DNA of 64,000 bases from Mizuhopecten yessoensis (lineage: Eukaryota). Below, one piece after another: positions 41,567 to 53,128 of this stretch. The notes beneath the pieces are model-generated. The model saw nothing but the letters and a program-made list of their open reading frames with translations, was not told the origin of the DNA and ran no database searches. The translations under genes and the position numbers were made by a program. The first letter of the stretch is position 1, and every line of letters begins with the position of its first letter. Location of the stretch: the NCBI RefSeq assembly GCF_002113885.1, contig NW_018408761.1:2034555-2098554 (forward strand), read 5' to 3'.

Positions 41567-44500
41567 TTATGATTCTAAGTAGAAGTAGGTCTCCAGTAGG
41601 TTACAGGCACGCTCGCGTAGCTGTAGATTATTGTGATACTCCAGCGCTTCTAGTCCATCCAGCCCTCCACATTCCTCCAACACTTTCTTTCCCTTAACAC
41701 AAAATATCTAGTAAATCACTGTCAGATTATAATAGTTCAGACTGGGGAAAAAAATCTCTTTATACTCACAAAACATTTAAAGACACTGTACCTTTTTTTA
41801 TATGCAGAAATGGCTAGCTTACAAAAAAACAAATATCACATTTTTTTCCCCAATGTGGAGTTAACAAGGAAGTCAAATTACGATTTTTAATGAGTTGCAC
41901 ATTATATGGTTCTATATTATTTTGATTTTTTTTCTGCAAAATAATGTTAAAATATACTCTCAGAAAATGTGTGTAAAATCATCTCTCTTGCAGAATTGAA
42001 TAATGTAAGAGAGAGTATTTTGTAATTTAAAGAAATAAAATAGATATATTTTTTGTTTTTAATTTGCTCTTGGATCCTACTGCCATTTACATAGAAAAAA
42101 AAGAACAATGTATCACAAATTATAAAATGTATTTTACAATAATTATATTAATCGATCTTGTTTGTCTGAATGTAAGTATGCACGCATGGGGTGTTATTGT
42201 GGCAGGAAACTTGAGTACCGGAGAAAAAAGCCCATGTTGTTGAGCGGGTGTGATAAGGATATCCTCGAAGCTCCTTGATGAAAAGTTAGTGCACTATCCA
42301 CTGCACCACCGACCACCCATGATAATGTATGTAGCATTGAAAATATATCCAGTTTATACATATGGATGGAATGGTGTTCAAACCTACTGTCATATCTTTA
42401 TTAGTAAACTAGGGTATCAATGATGATTGATAGGAGTACTTCTCCAGATTTTAGTTACCAGGTTTTAGTTACCAGATTTTAGTTACCAGGTTTCAGGTTA
42501 ATATTTCCTAAATGTTGTTCAGTAATATAACTGTGTCAGTATGCTAAACTAGATCTACTATTACATTTGTATTAGTATTTTTCTTGTTCTGTTTGATTTG
42601 TAAGAAATAGTAAATTCTCCATTGATGTTTCACTTTACTAGGTCAATACGCATGGTCGGAAGTTTCCTTCTGCTTCCTGTTTTGCAAATAAACTGTAATC
42701 TAGTTGAAATTCTCTGAAAATTCAGTTAAAGGGAAAGCTATTGTCGTTTGTGATTAATCAAAAACTACATTTTCCTGTTTTGACAGTCGTTTAATATTAA
42801 ATATTTACATTTGCACTGCATAGTGCCTGGATAACTCTACTGGTTCCATTGTTACATATTTTCCAATGAACTACAATGGGGATTAGGTCAGTGTAATGAT
42901 ACACTGACACAGTGTAGTGATACACTGACCTAATTACCGCCAAGTGGCGATGTTCCGCTGTGTTGTGTCTTAAAATGTTATTGTATGACAGTTAAATCGC
43001 TAAATGACCACAACATATATTAAAATGGTGACATGTTAGTATACAAATTGGTAATTGACATATATGCATTTAAATAAATAAAAAATCAATTATCAAATTG
43101 ATGTGTTTACTGTGGAACTTTCTTGTTTATTGTTTTTGTCGGCCTGGTTGCCCTTGACAACGACTGTGGAATGCGAAACTACCCGGCTGTTCCAAAATAT
43201 TTACCGCTGACCCAGTCGGTGTGTATAAGAGTTTTAAACAGCAATTAACAATACTCGCAACATTGAACAACTAATATTGTTGGTTTGGAATATAAATATA
43301 AGGATTGGTTGTCATATGTTTGACGTTTATTGGCGTGTAAACTACATCGGGCTGGCGATATATTTAACATATCGCGCACCATTCAATATATCGCAAGCCC
43401 GATGTAGTTTACACACCAATAAACGTCAAAAATATGACAACTAATCCTTAAAACAAGTTGATTGTATTTTCATCAAAGACAGTCAATGTTACATTTACCC
43501 TTGGCCTACTGCGAGATTCTTTTGATGTACAACAAAAGATCAAACTAATCTTTTTGTTTCATCTACAAGTCTTCAATTTTGTCATGACATATTCCAAGGA
43601 TTCTGAGAACGTAGGTAAGTGTAACCCCTGGAGTGTCTAGGATGAGTTTCACTGTATTAGACAGTTGTTTGCTGGTCCCTAGTTAGCATCTTGTCACTTA
43701 CCTCATCAGTATTTCGTAGTATCAGTTCAGTTAGTGCTAATCCTAAGTTCAGAATCTCCACATCATGTGCCTTTAACACTGGCGCCAACTTCTGGAGGAT
43801 TCCATTAGTCAACAGCTGTAGGCTAAATTCCTCCCCATGACAAGCAATGTTACAAAGCACATATAGAGCCTGAAGGGTAAAACATAAATGTGACTGGTGG
43901 GGGTCACAAGGAAGTGCCCCAACCCTTTACATATACCTTAAATAAATAAATAATTTACGTTTGGTTATGATAATTTTTTTCAGTCCAAATTTTCATTAAT
44001 GGGGAAAATTCATTATTTTAGTCCACCAACATCAGATGTTGGGCTAACATAACTAATTTTTCCCATTTGGAATCCCCCTTCCTGATATGTTTTCGGATTC
44101 TCCTACGCCAACACCTAATAAGGAACGTGTACATTTATAACAAAATTGAACTACTTTTGGCCAGGGTTCAGTGTACGATGTAGCTTCATAGCAAATGACA
44201 GTACCTGCGTTAAATAGTTCTTAATGAGTTGTCTTTAAAACGAAAATTGGAAATTGGACAGGGTAATATAATACTAGTCCACAGATCTACAGCAAGGCAT
44301 GATGTCACTTAGCCAATGGAAAATTTGTGTTCATTCAGCCAGAACTAACTGGTCGAAAAAGTGTTACCTGGACAACAATGCAACATACCTCCATCTTAAT
44401 GTCATAGGCTCCAGCGACTTGATCAAGAACGACTGGAAGGAGGGGTCCAAAAATCATTGTGTGACAGGTATGGGGCTCTCCTGGGAACAAAAGAAATGTA

Positions 44501-47500
44501 CACCTATCAGCTACATCATGTGTAATGCTGAGTACTGAATGAAGTGGGGATCACCACAGGTACAAACAACTATCACATCATAGTAATCTATTTTATCATG
44601 TGCATACATTATGGAAAGGCTAAAAACTGGTCTTTTCAACAGAGATGGTCTCTTAAGACAGTATATACTAATACATAAAGTAAACTGTTTTGTAAGGATG
44701 CGAAAATGTTGGTCTATTGAGAGGATTGCCTTATAGGAGTGGTTTCTCAAGTAGATCCAAACGATTAAATTCTATGGGTGTTTTCCTAAACAAATCTTGG
44801 AGTCCAGAATTGCTGTTCAATCAGCTCACCTGCCATGTTGGAGAGGACCCAGAGGGTTTCTTTGCGGATGTGCCGGTGACTGGAGGCCAGATAGGCAGCG
44901 AGGGTCTGGAGGAGGGCAGGGTTTACACACGCCATCTGTGTGTACTCATCTGGACCACTACACATGTTACCAAGGCAACGGAGCAATGGCGTCACTATCT
45001 GCAACATCAATGAATTGACTAAATTGAAAACTCCTCATTTTTTTCATGCTTGCGAGTTTAATTTTGATTTTGATTTTAATAAAAGTGTCAATGAGTTTAG
45101 CCTAAAATAAAATATCACTGTGGAAAACAGGAAGTAAATAAGTACAGGATGCCAGGCTGGAGGTAGGGCCTGGTGGGTCTGAGCTATACCACATAATATA
45201 TATTAAATATTGCATTGTGAACCTCTGTTCATATTTATGACAATTTAAACGACACATTCAACGGGATAATGACTCTTTATATCTAATTGAGTGATTTGTA
45301 TACCACAGAAAAATGCAAAAGTAAAAGGCTCGCCAAGCAGCCATAATGATGACATCACTTCATATTTCAAATGTCAAATAGAACTTAAAACATTCCTGTT
45401 CTGTATTACGTGTTGCTAAAACTTGTAATTGGGTGTGTGTCTGTGTGTCGTATTTTGATCACCAAACAGGAAATAGACATGCTTTATGCTTCATTGAAAA
45501 CATTTAAGCATACATGCAGGCTGACACCCTGGATATTCAGAATATCTAAACACAAAATGAAATCAAGCTCCATATTGAATATGGCAATGGACCCACTATC
45601 TCGAAGACTGAACAAAAACTTTGTTAAAAATGAAATATATTGATTTATTCAGAATTGATTAGGACTGTTACCTGAACTATGTGGTTGGTGAACATTAAGT
45701 TACATGGACTGTTACACCTGTACTAGGACAATGTGGACCTTATTTGGACTGTAACCTTAGTTATGTAGCTGGTATCTAGGACCTTTTTTGGACTGTAACC
45801 TTAGTTATGTAGCTGGTATCTAGGACCTTATTTGCACTGTACCTGCCTTTGGCCTTTGAGTGGTGTGTGTTAACTACCACATGTAGACTGTTTTATTTAG
45901 ACATGTTTGATGCATAACCTTATCCTGACCGTTACTTGATTTCGAGTGTTGTACATGTTACCTGAACTTGGGTGTTGTACATGTTACCTGAACTTGGGCA
46001 CGTTGTACATGTAACCTGAACTTGGGTGTTGTACATGTTACCTGAATTTGGGTGTTGTACATGTTACCTGAACTTGGGTGTTATACATGTTACCTGAACT
46101 TGGGCACGTTGTACATGTTACCTGAACTTGGGTGTTGCACCTGTTACCTGAACTTGGGTGTTGCACCTGTTACCTGAACATTGGTGTTGTACCTGTTACC
46201 TGTTGTACCTATTACCTGAACTTTACCTGAACTTGGGTGTTGTACATGTTACCTGAACTTGGGTGTTGTACATGTTACCTGAACTTGGATGCTTTACATG
46301 GCCTTTATCTGACTATTACCTGAGCTATGTGGGGATTGGTGGATACAAGCTGGACAAGGATATCAACAATCTGTGTAAGCATGCCCAGTCCTGCCATCTC
46401 CTCACTGAACTCTCCACTGTAAACAAAACAGCAAAATGTGTATATCTCCTTCTAATTGAAAGCAGACGTAGCAAGGGCATTACAGGAAAATATGAATACC
46501 ATGATACAATGCTGTCGTTTTTATTTGCCACCTCGCTTCATAACCACCATTATACAAAGTGCCCTTTTTCTTTTATCGTAACAACTCCTTTGAATGTTTC
46601 CAAACATATATCCAAACCTTACCCCTGATCAAATAACTGACAAGTCATACACTGATAGACTGTATACTGGTAAATTTTCGCCCCTCGCTTATGAAACCAA
46701 TTTTCACCCAGTGTTAATTTCGCCCCTCACATATAACTACTATGTATATTATGCTGTTAACTTATATTCGCTGTAATGATAAATTTGCCCTCACTACGGA
46801 GGGGCAAAAAAGGCAAAAATTAAATTGCACCAAAAATTTCCCGGCATACAGAATATATATATAGTTGCAATATGTCTTGAAGCAATGCTCCTTGTTTCAT
46901 TTGTGACCTCGCTTACCATCAACATGTTTCAAGGTCCCTCCTTTTACGTTTTTTATCAACAATTTGAGTACACTGTATACCTTGCAGCCAGATAGGAAAG
47001 GACCCAGGAGACTTCTGTCAAAATGCCTTGGTTCTCTGGTGTGTTGACCAGTAGGGATTGAAGTAAGGGCAATGCCTTCGCCAGGACAATCTCCCTAGGT
47101 TAGGAGACAAAAATCAGATAACATGAAAAAGAAATAAAAAAATACCAGCAATTTTATCTTCCTTAAAATGTCCATATCTTTATGAATCACTGTCAAACTG
47201 AGCATATCTGGAAGTACTTCTGATCTACGATTTAGTCTGAAGCCAAATAATCCAGAAAATGTTCTAGCTTTATACCTATATCTTAATAACTACAGATACT
47301 TAAATATGTAACTAGCCCCTTCACCGAAATGTATCAGACCTTTCTGTCAGTCTACTGGAATAATAAATCAAACTTGATATGAGGTTATCAAAAAGATCTG
47401 TTGTATCCTTCATAAATGTAGAGAGACAGGAAAAGAAAGGGTCAGCGCAACGATTTGTACAATTTTGAATCCCCACTACCTAGGGATTCTTCCAGTCAAA

Positions 47501-50500
47501 TATGGTTGATGTCAATCTCTTAGTTCCAGAGAATAAGTTGCTTAAAGCAATATAGACAAATCGCCCCCTTTTGGCCCCGCTCCTCAGCCACCTGGGGGGT
47601 CAGCTCCACCATTTGTACAATTTGAATCCTCACCACCTAGGGATGCTTCCAGTGAAATTTAGTCAAAATCCAATCAATGGATAAGAAGAAGGAGTCATTT
47701 GAAGAAATTGTTGACGTATGGACGACAGACGCAACAGTACTTTGGACCAGGTGAGCTAAACATTGTGACATGACTGTAGTGTCGTTACCATAAACTTTTC
47801 TATTTATAACACAATTACTTTGTGTCCTCAGTCTGTTGTAGAGGATCGGAAATCATGTACCAGAAATCTATCATTAAATACCATTAAATGAAATGATAAC
47901 CATAAGGAAGCAAGGTAGGCTAGTGGTAGGACACCAGGGTCGTGACCGAAGGTTGCCGGGTTGAGTCACGGCATGGCACTGGATTGTATCTTTGAGCAAG
48001 ATACTTTACTTTGCTTGTTCCAGTCTACTCAGCTGTAAATGAGTATATGTGGTTGGGTAGTGCTAGAATTGTTGAATGGTAGCTGTAGGCGCCAAAATGG
48101 CAGCACCGGCTGCATGCTCCCCAGGGAGTTGAGAAAGATATTGGCTGGTTGCAAAGACCCTATAACCACGGATAATAATTTGTGAACCACTTTGAGACAA
48201 CCTACGAACTAGGTTGTGATAAAGCGGTATATACAAACCTTGAATATTATTACCTGTTTTTTTTTTAATTATTTCAATTATCTCCCTTACCTTGCTATGT
48301 CCTGTGATTCCTTGGCCATATTAGACAGGGCAAATGAAGCCGACTGTACAACTGATGGATGAGGTGACTGAAGATATTAAAACGAATTTGATCAAACCTG
48401 TAGTTTTTTTATGTCAGACTTATAGTTGAAAAATCATACATATGTTGTGAGAAGGCTATAGGAAAGATTTATAGTTGTTATGAAATATGCTTGCGACGGT
48501 GAATGTAATCTATGATCAGACCAACAGCATGTAAAACACGTCCGTATAGTGGCTTGACCAAGTGTAGACTATGCTGTCTCGTTAGGCACTGTCGCACATG
48601 TGAATCTCAGAGCACAATACTTAAGTCAGCTCAGTCCCGATTTATACATGATTCACAACACATACCTTAATATTTAATTCCAGGTTTATCAAGTAAAGAC
48701 TTAATTGGTAAGATCTGACTGTAGATTGGTTTTATCATTCATTTAGCAACAATTCTTAAATATAAATTCCTACTTTCGTAATCAAACTTAAGGTCCGGCA
48801 AGAGAAAGACTGTATTTAATTTGCAGATGGTAGAAGGCAGATTTTACCTGTAGAAGTTGTACAAGAGGCAGAACAACCCCCTGGGCCTGTATCATGGTAC
48901 AACTTTCCTTGCTGTCTCCAGCCAAATTCCCTAGTGCCCAAGCACTCTGGTCCTGAAAATAAGGTTTCAAAATTTTATTTTGCATCTAAAATTGCCAAAT
49001 TGCGAATAGCTAGGTTACTTTGATCTAATATTATTTATAGACAACATTTTGATAATTCTTACCTGTATCACCGGTACCGAACTGCTCAGGTAAGTAACAA
49101 GGTAGGGTGCAACATATTTAGCAATGGCAACAGCATGTTGGTGTGTCCCTGCAGATATGTTGGTTATACACCAGGCAGCCTCCTGTTGTAGTTCAACATC
49201 CTGTCCAGTGAACAGACTCACTAGCCACCTCAAAGAGTTATCTATACTGCAAACAAACAGCCAGTCAATTCAGGGAGTTATCTTTACTGCAAACAAACAA
49301 CCAGTCAACAAGAGAAGTTATCTATACTGCAAACAAACAACCAGTCAACTAGAGAAGTTATCTATACTGCAAACAAACAACCAGCCAACTAGGGGAGTTA
49401 TCTTTACTACAAACAAACAACCAGTCAGGTCAGGGAGGTATCTTTACTGCAAACAAATAACCAATCAACTAGAGAAGTTATCAATACTGCAAACAAACAA
49501 CCAGTCAAGTCAGTGAGTTATCTTTACTGCAAAAAAACAACCAGTCAAGTCAGTGAGTTATCTTTACTGCAAACAAATAACCAATCAACTAGAGAAGTTA
49601 TCTATACTGCAAACAAACAACCAGTCAACTAGGGGAGTTATCTTTACTGCAAACAAACAACCAGTCAAGTCAGTGAGTTATCTTTACTGCAAACAAACAA
49701 CCAGTCAATTCACTAAGTAATTGATACTGCAAACAAATAATTTTATGACTCAAATGACATGTTACCATATTATACAATAATTCATGGATTTAGCAAATAT
49801 TTGGTTCAGTATACGTAGTATAGAGTATTTTGGAAAATTTTAAATTTTAAAATTGTGAGTTTTGGAAACCAACAATATCACATCAAATCTGAAACCTGTA
49901 CAGTGACTGTTTGCCCAATTTTACAGCTGATTACAGGCACAGGCTGCTTCCTCTTGAAGATCCTCTCAATTTCAATAATAATATTGCCATGTTTTCCAGT
50001 CATGTAGGAAAAGGCTACTGTAAAAATTTTGGAAGAATTAACACTGCTGTACCACCTATATCATATGATAATGCAATGTCTGATGATAGCTGGCTCTTAA
50101 TGCATGCATAAGACTTCAAAATGATGGTCAAGTTACCTGAAGAAAGCATCAATATACACAGTTCCCTGGGAGAAGGCATGTTTTAGTGATTTCAGGTTCT
50201 CCAGTCGATGAGGACCAGGTTTCTGAAGGCCTGCTGTTGCATTTCTCACCTGGTCATATCGATAACAAAACATGTTTTACAACACCATGAGGTACTAAGA
50301 TAGTTTATTGAAAACAATTCAGAATCTATATTTAATAGAAAGATCTGAGCCTTTCTCCCTGGGAAAGTTCCAGTTTACCAGTTGCCCAGGTACGTTTTAT
50401 CCTAATACCTATACATGTATAGTGTGAAGGAGTATAAACAATCTGGCACAGTGCCCCTCCATAATTATGATCTTTTTAATTTCTTACTTCATCTCTAAAT

Positions 50501-52632
50501 CTGTTTTCTTGATAAATGATAACATTTGAAATTTGAATAAAAAATCCATTAAGTCCTATAATTGTTATAACATGCCATCTGCTCAAAATCTAAGGAGCAA
50601 ACTAAGACAAACTATTTCAGCTATATGATTAAAAGTGAAATTGTAAGATGATCAAGATTTCCAGATATTGACTGTATACAGCAGACCATATATACACAGT
50701 ACTTGGTGATACCAACCTCGTCTTGTGTGACCTCGGCCCCAGCCTCCTCCTCTGTTATAAACCGGAACCTTTTTGCATTCAGAGCTTTTTCCTTCTTCTC
50801 TTTCCTTAGTGCTTACAGGTTCATGAATAAAAGAATATTTGGTTAAGAGGTCTGGCTTTCCTCAAGAATATGCTAGAAGCAATAAAAGAAGTATAAACTT
50901 CGAGTGAAAAAAAAAGAGAGTTGCTGTTTAGTTTTAAACTTTAAGGAATATTGAGTAAATCTTTACATTATCATGCAATTGTATTTATTAAAATAATGCA
51001 TGACTACGCTCTCAGAACAGTTAAAATAGTTAGAGAGAGAAAAACCTTAATCAAAATGTTCTCCGGCACTTTAATTGATACTAATTGAATATGATTATTC
51101 TATTCATTTCAAATTTCACTTTTCTTAAAATTAAAAACAAGGAATCAGATATGATAGCTTTCTTATTTTTTTGATTTTGTGCATGAAAAAGGACATGATC
51201 ATTGCGGCGGTGCCTCTGTTGCTGTGCTAATTATTGACCCGGCCTCAATAATAACAAATGGGAAAATTTTAAATGTAGGGGGGAAATATATTTCTTATAT
51301 AAATATATAAAAACAAAAATATAATTAAAGCATAGCTGTTGCAGACCTACTGGTAAGTGGTATAACTGCAACAGACAAACAGAATGGTACACATTCATAG
51401 CATCAGACAGGTGAACCAGAGGGGCCCACAGAATTAATCAAATATCAGCCCACACAAATATGTATAGATATTCATTCGCTCAGTTTCGCTCAGTTGACAT
51501 CAATGGTAAGCCGGGGCTTGTATAGATGTATCTTCTTCTCTACTTAATAGTATAACGTACTTTCGCGTACTATTGACTTCTGGTTGCTATTTACAAATGT
51601 TATTTCATTAACGCATAGTAAGTTTGATATGGAGTTACGTAACTCCAAGTAAAGTTCCTCTCCTATATAGTTAAAAGTATGGTTAAGATACACTGTTCAC
51701 ACTACTATCAGTATCACTGTTCATATCAGAATGTCACACAGTGTCTAATAAAAAGATGGTTTGAACTTGGCTGGGTGTTGCTTCCAGTGGTTGTTAAGAC
51801 GAGTCTTAAAGATGTTTAGAGTTGGGGAATTTACTACCTCTTCCTCCCTAGAACTGTTGTTAACTGGAATTCGCTACCATCATCCCTAGCACAGGAGCCA
51901 AACCTGAACTCTTTCAGGTCTGCCCTGGCTAGTTTCAACCTTCCATAAAGTGTTTTCTGTTTTTATCTGATAGTACAAATTAACAAAAATAATTGTTTTT
52001 AACATTTTTAATGCCACCTCTCAGGATCAAGTGCACTCAAACCTTTGAGTCTGATCCTTGTAAAGGAAGAAGAAGAAGATTAAATTGCGCGCACCATATT
52101 AGATCGAGTTTCTGTGACACATGTTGCAGTAACTTATCAGAAGGTTTGCAATTTCTATGCAGTTTGTAATTTGCTCAAATGTACATTACACTACACTTTT
52201 CAAAATAAAATCATAGGATGTCCTCCCATTGCCAATGTTTCAAACCAAGTCATATGAGATTCAAATGTGCTGGAGGAAAAACAAAGGGCAATAACTGTCA
52301 CAAATTATAACGCAGCTAATAATAATATAGCTAGTTACTGTAAATATTTACAGATGTTCTGCATGACAACATAATCCGCGCTGCTTTTGATGTGTACGCC
52401 TACACTAGTACTGTGTAACTGTTACATGTAGAACTATGTTTCAACCACAGGTACTTCCCTCGTTTGTCCCTGTCTGCCTGTGTTTCAATTGCATGATAGA
52501 TACGTATACGCGTACGATCAAGCCTAATTTGGTAAAATCACGAACCTACTTACCGACATCCTCATTTCTAGTTCGGTCTCTGATCTTCTGTACGTCATCA
52601 GCTTTGTGTTTATATTGCGATTTTCGATCCAT
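41567..52632 (-). CDS. TMCO6: Transmembrane and coiled-coil domain protein 6 (importin-alpha-like ARM repeat protein), 472 aa
   Basis: Exons (minus) 52554-52632, 50717-50811, 50137-50249, 49063-49246, 48848-48952, 48291-48367, 46981-47094, 46320-46416, 44830-44998, 44389-44480, 43702-43869, 41567-41692, all phase-consistent. IBB-like N-terminus (ALRKEKKEKALNAKRF); ARM motifs QQEAAWCITNISAG, QSAWALGNLAGDS, EVSWVLSYL, PLLRCLGN, RKETLWVLSNMAG; C-terminal LEYHNN...ACNLLETYF. Too divergent for a canonical importin alpha. Confidence 0.85.
43299..43450. repeat. Long near-perfect inverted repeat (~66-bp arms, ~20-nt spacer)
   Basis: taaggattggttgtcatatgtttgacgtttattggcgtgtaaactacatcgggctggcgatatatt pairs with aatatatcgcaagcccgatgtagtttacacaccaataaacgtcaaaaatatgacaactaatcctta with only a few mismatches. 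Confidence 0.9.
45660..46290. repeat. Donor-derived minisatellite in TMCO6 intron 8 (26-bp unit ~45945-46290, older ~47-bp units upstream)
   Basis: Unit tgttgtacatgttacctgaacttggg reads CCCAAGTTCAG|GTAACA on the gene strand; 45662-45690 reads CACCAACCACATAGTTCAG|GTAACAGTC, nearly the true exon end CACCAATCCCCACATAGCTCAG|GTAATAGTC. Confidence 0.85.
46660..46851. mobile_element. MITE, same family as 826-1032
   Basis: Termini ctgtatactggtaaattttcg and aaaatttcccggcatacag form imperfect TIRs. Confidence 0.55.
47906..48252 (+). mobile_element. Near-full-length tRNA-derived SINE (Deu/Nin-domain-like)
   Basis: A box (ggctagtggtagg), degenerate B box (gggttgagtcac), central tgctccccagggagttgag, tail taaagcggtatata...tattattac; second copy at 6108-6408. 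Confidence 0.8.
49235..49740. repeat. 40-bp tandem repeat x~13 made of the TMCO6 exon 4 acceptor plus the first ~12 exon nt
   Basis: Unit gagttatct(a/t)tactgcaaacaaacaaccagtcaa...; AG acceptors every 40 bp from 49247-49248 to 49727-49728. Confidence 0.93.
51475..51843 (-). mobile_element. 5'-truncated CR1-clade LINE 3' end
   Basis: Minus frame 51843-51745 encodes EEVVNSPTLNIFKTRLNNHWKQHPAKFKPSFY*, typical of a CR1 ORF2 C-terminus. Putative tandem tail (actgagcgaa)2 at ~51475-51494; that boundary is uncertain. Confidence 0.65.
51841..52080 (+). mobile_element. 5'-truncated CR1/L2-group LINE 3' end with stem-loop and (GAA)n tail
   Basis: Plus frame 51841-51948 encodes FLPRTVVNWNSLPSSLAQEPNLNSFRSALASFNLP*; 3' hairpin aggatca...actcaaa/tttgagt...tgatcct; tail gaagaagaagaag. 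Confidence 0.75.
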
Positions 52633-53128
52633 GATAAAATAATAATAAAAATCTAGATAGGCCTACTGATATTCACCCAACATCCATGTTTACTTTCTCT
52701 GTAGTGGATTTCAAACAGAGTAAGCTCCCCTCTTCTATTTTTTGTACACGGATGCCAGATTCACGGAGGGCTTAAGTAATCTAGTTATGATGATTTTCTA
52801 GTTTCTTTTACAAATTGTTCTTTTTGTGATTGCTTAATAGATATTAATGGATATTTTGCTATATGTGGGTTCCATTACTGATGCCCTGCAGATAAAGTAT
52901 ACTTTTTTGAGTTTTATATATTCATCAATATCTCATTTTTCTGAAACGAACGGTCCCGGAAGTTAAAAAGCGCGCCATATTTGATAGAAGACCGTCCTGT
53001 TGTGCTTGATTATTCTGATAATTTCATACATTATTATGCATCTTTCTCTCCGTTAATTTTCAAAGATGAAAATGACATTGTTGGAAAAGAGATGATCTTT
53101 ATTTGAGATTTTGTGCCATAAAATTACA
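52633..53128. promoter_or_regulatory. Bidirectional promoter TMCO6 / MND1 with ETS and E2F-like motifs
   Basis: ATGs ~500 bp apart; CCGGAAGT (52956-52963) immediately followed by AAAAAGCGCGCCA (52965-52977). Confidence 0.6.

Noticed and set aside
49124-49516. 130-aa plus-strand ORF
   Set aside because: Antisense to TMCO6 exon 4 and running through the 40-bp repeat.
41567-52632. Canonical importin alpha (KPNA)
   Set aside because: ARM motifs are present but the sequence is far more divergent than the highly conserved KPNA proteins; length and termini fit TMCO6 better.
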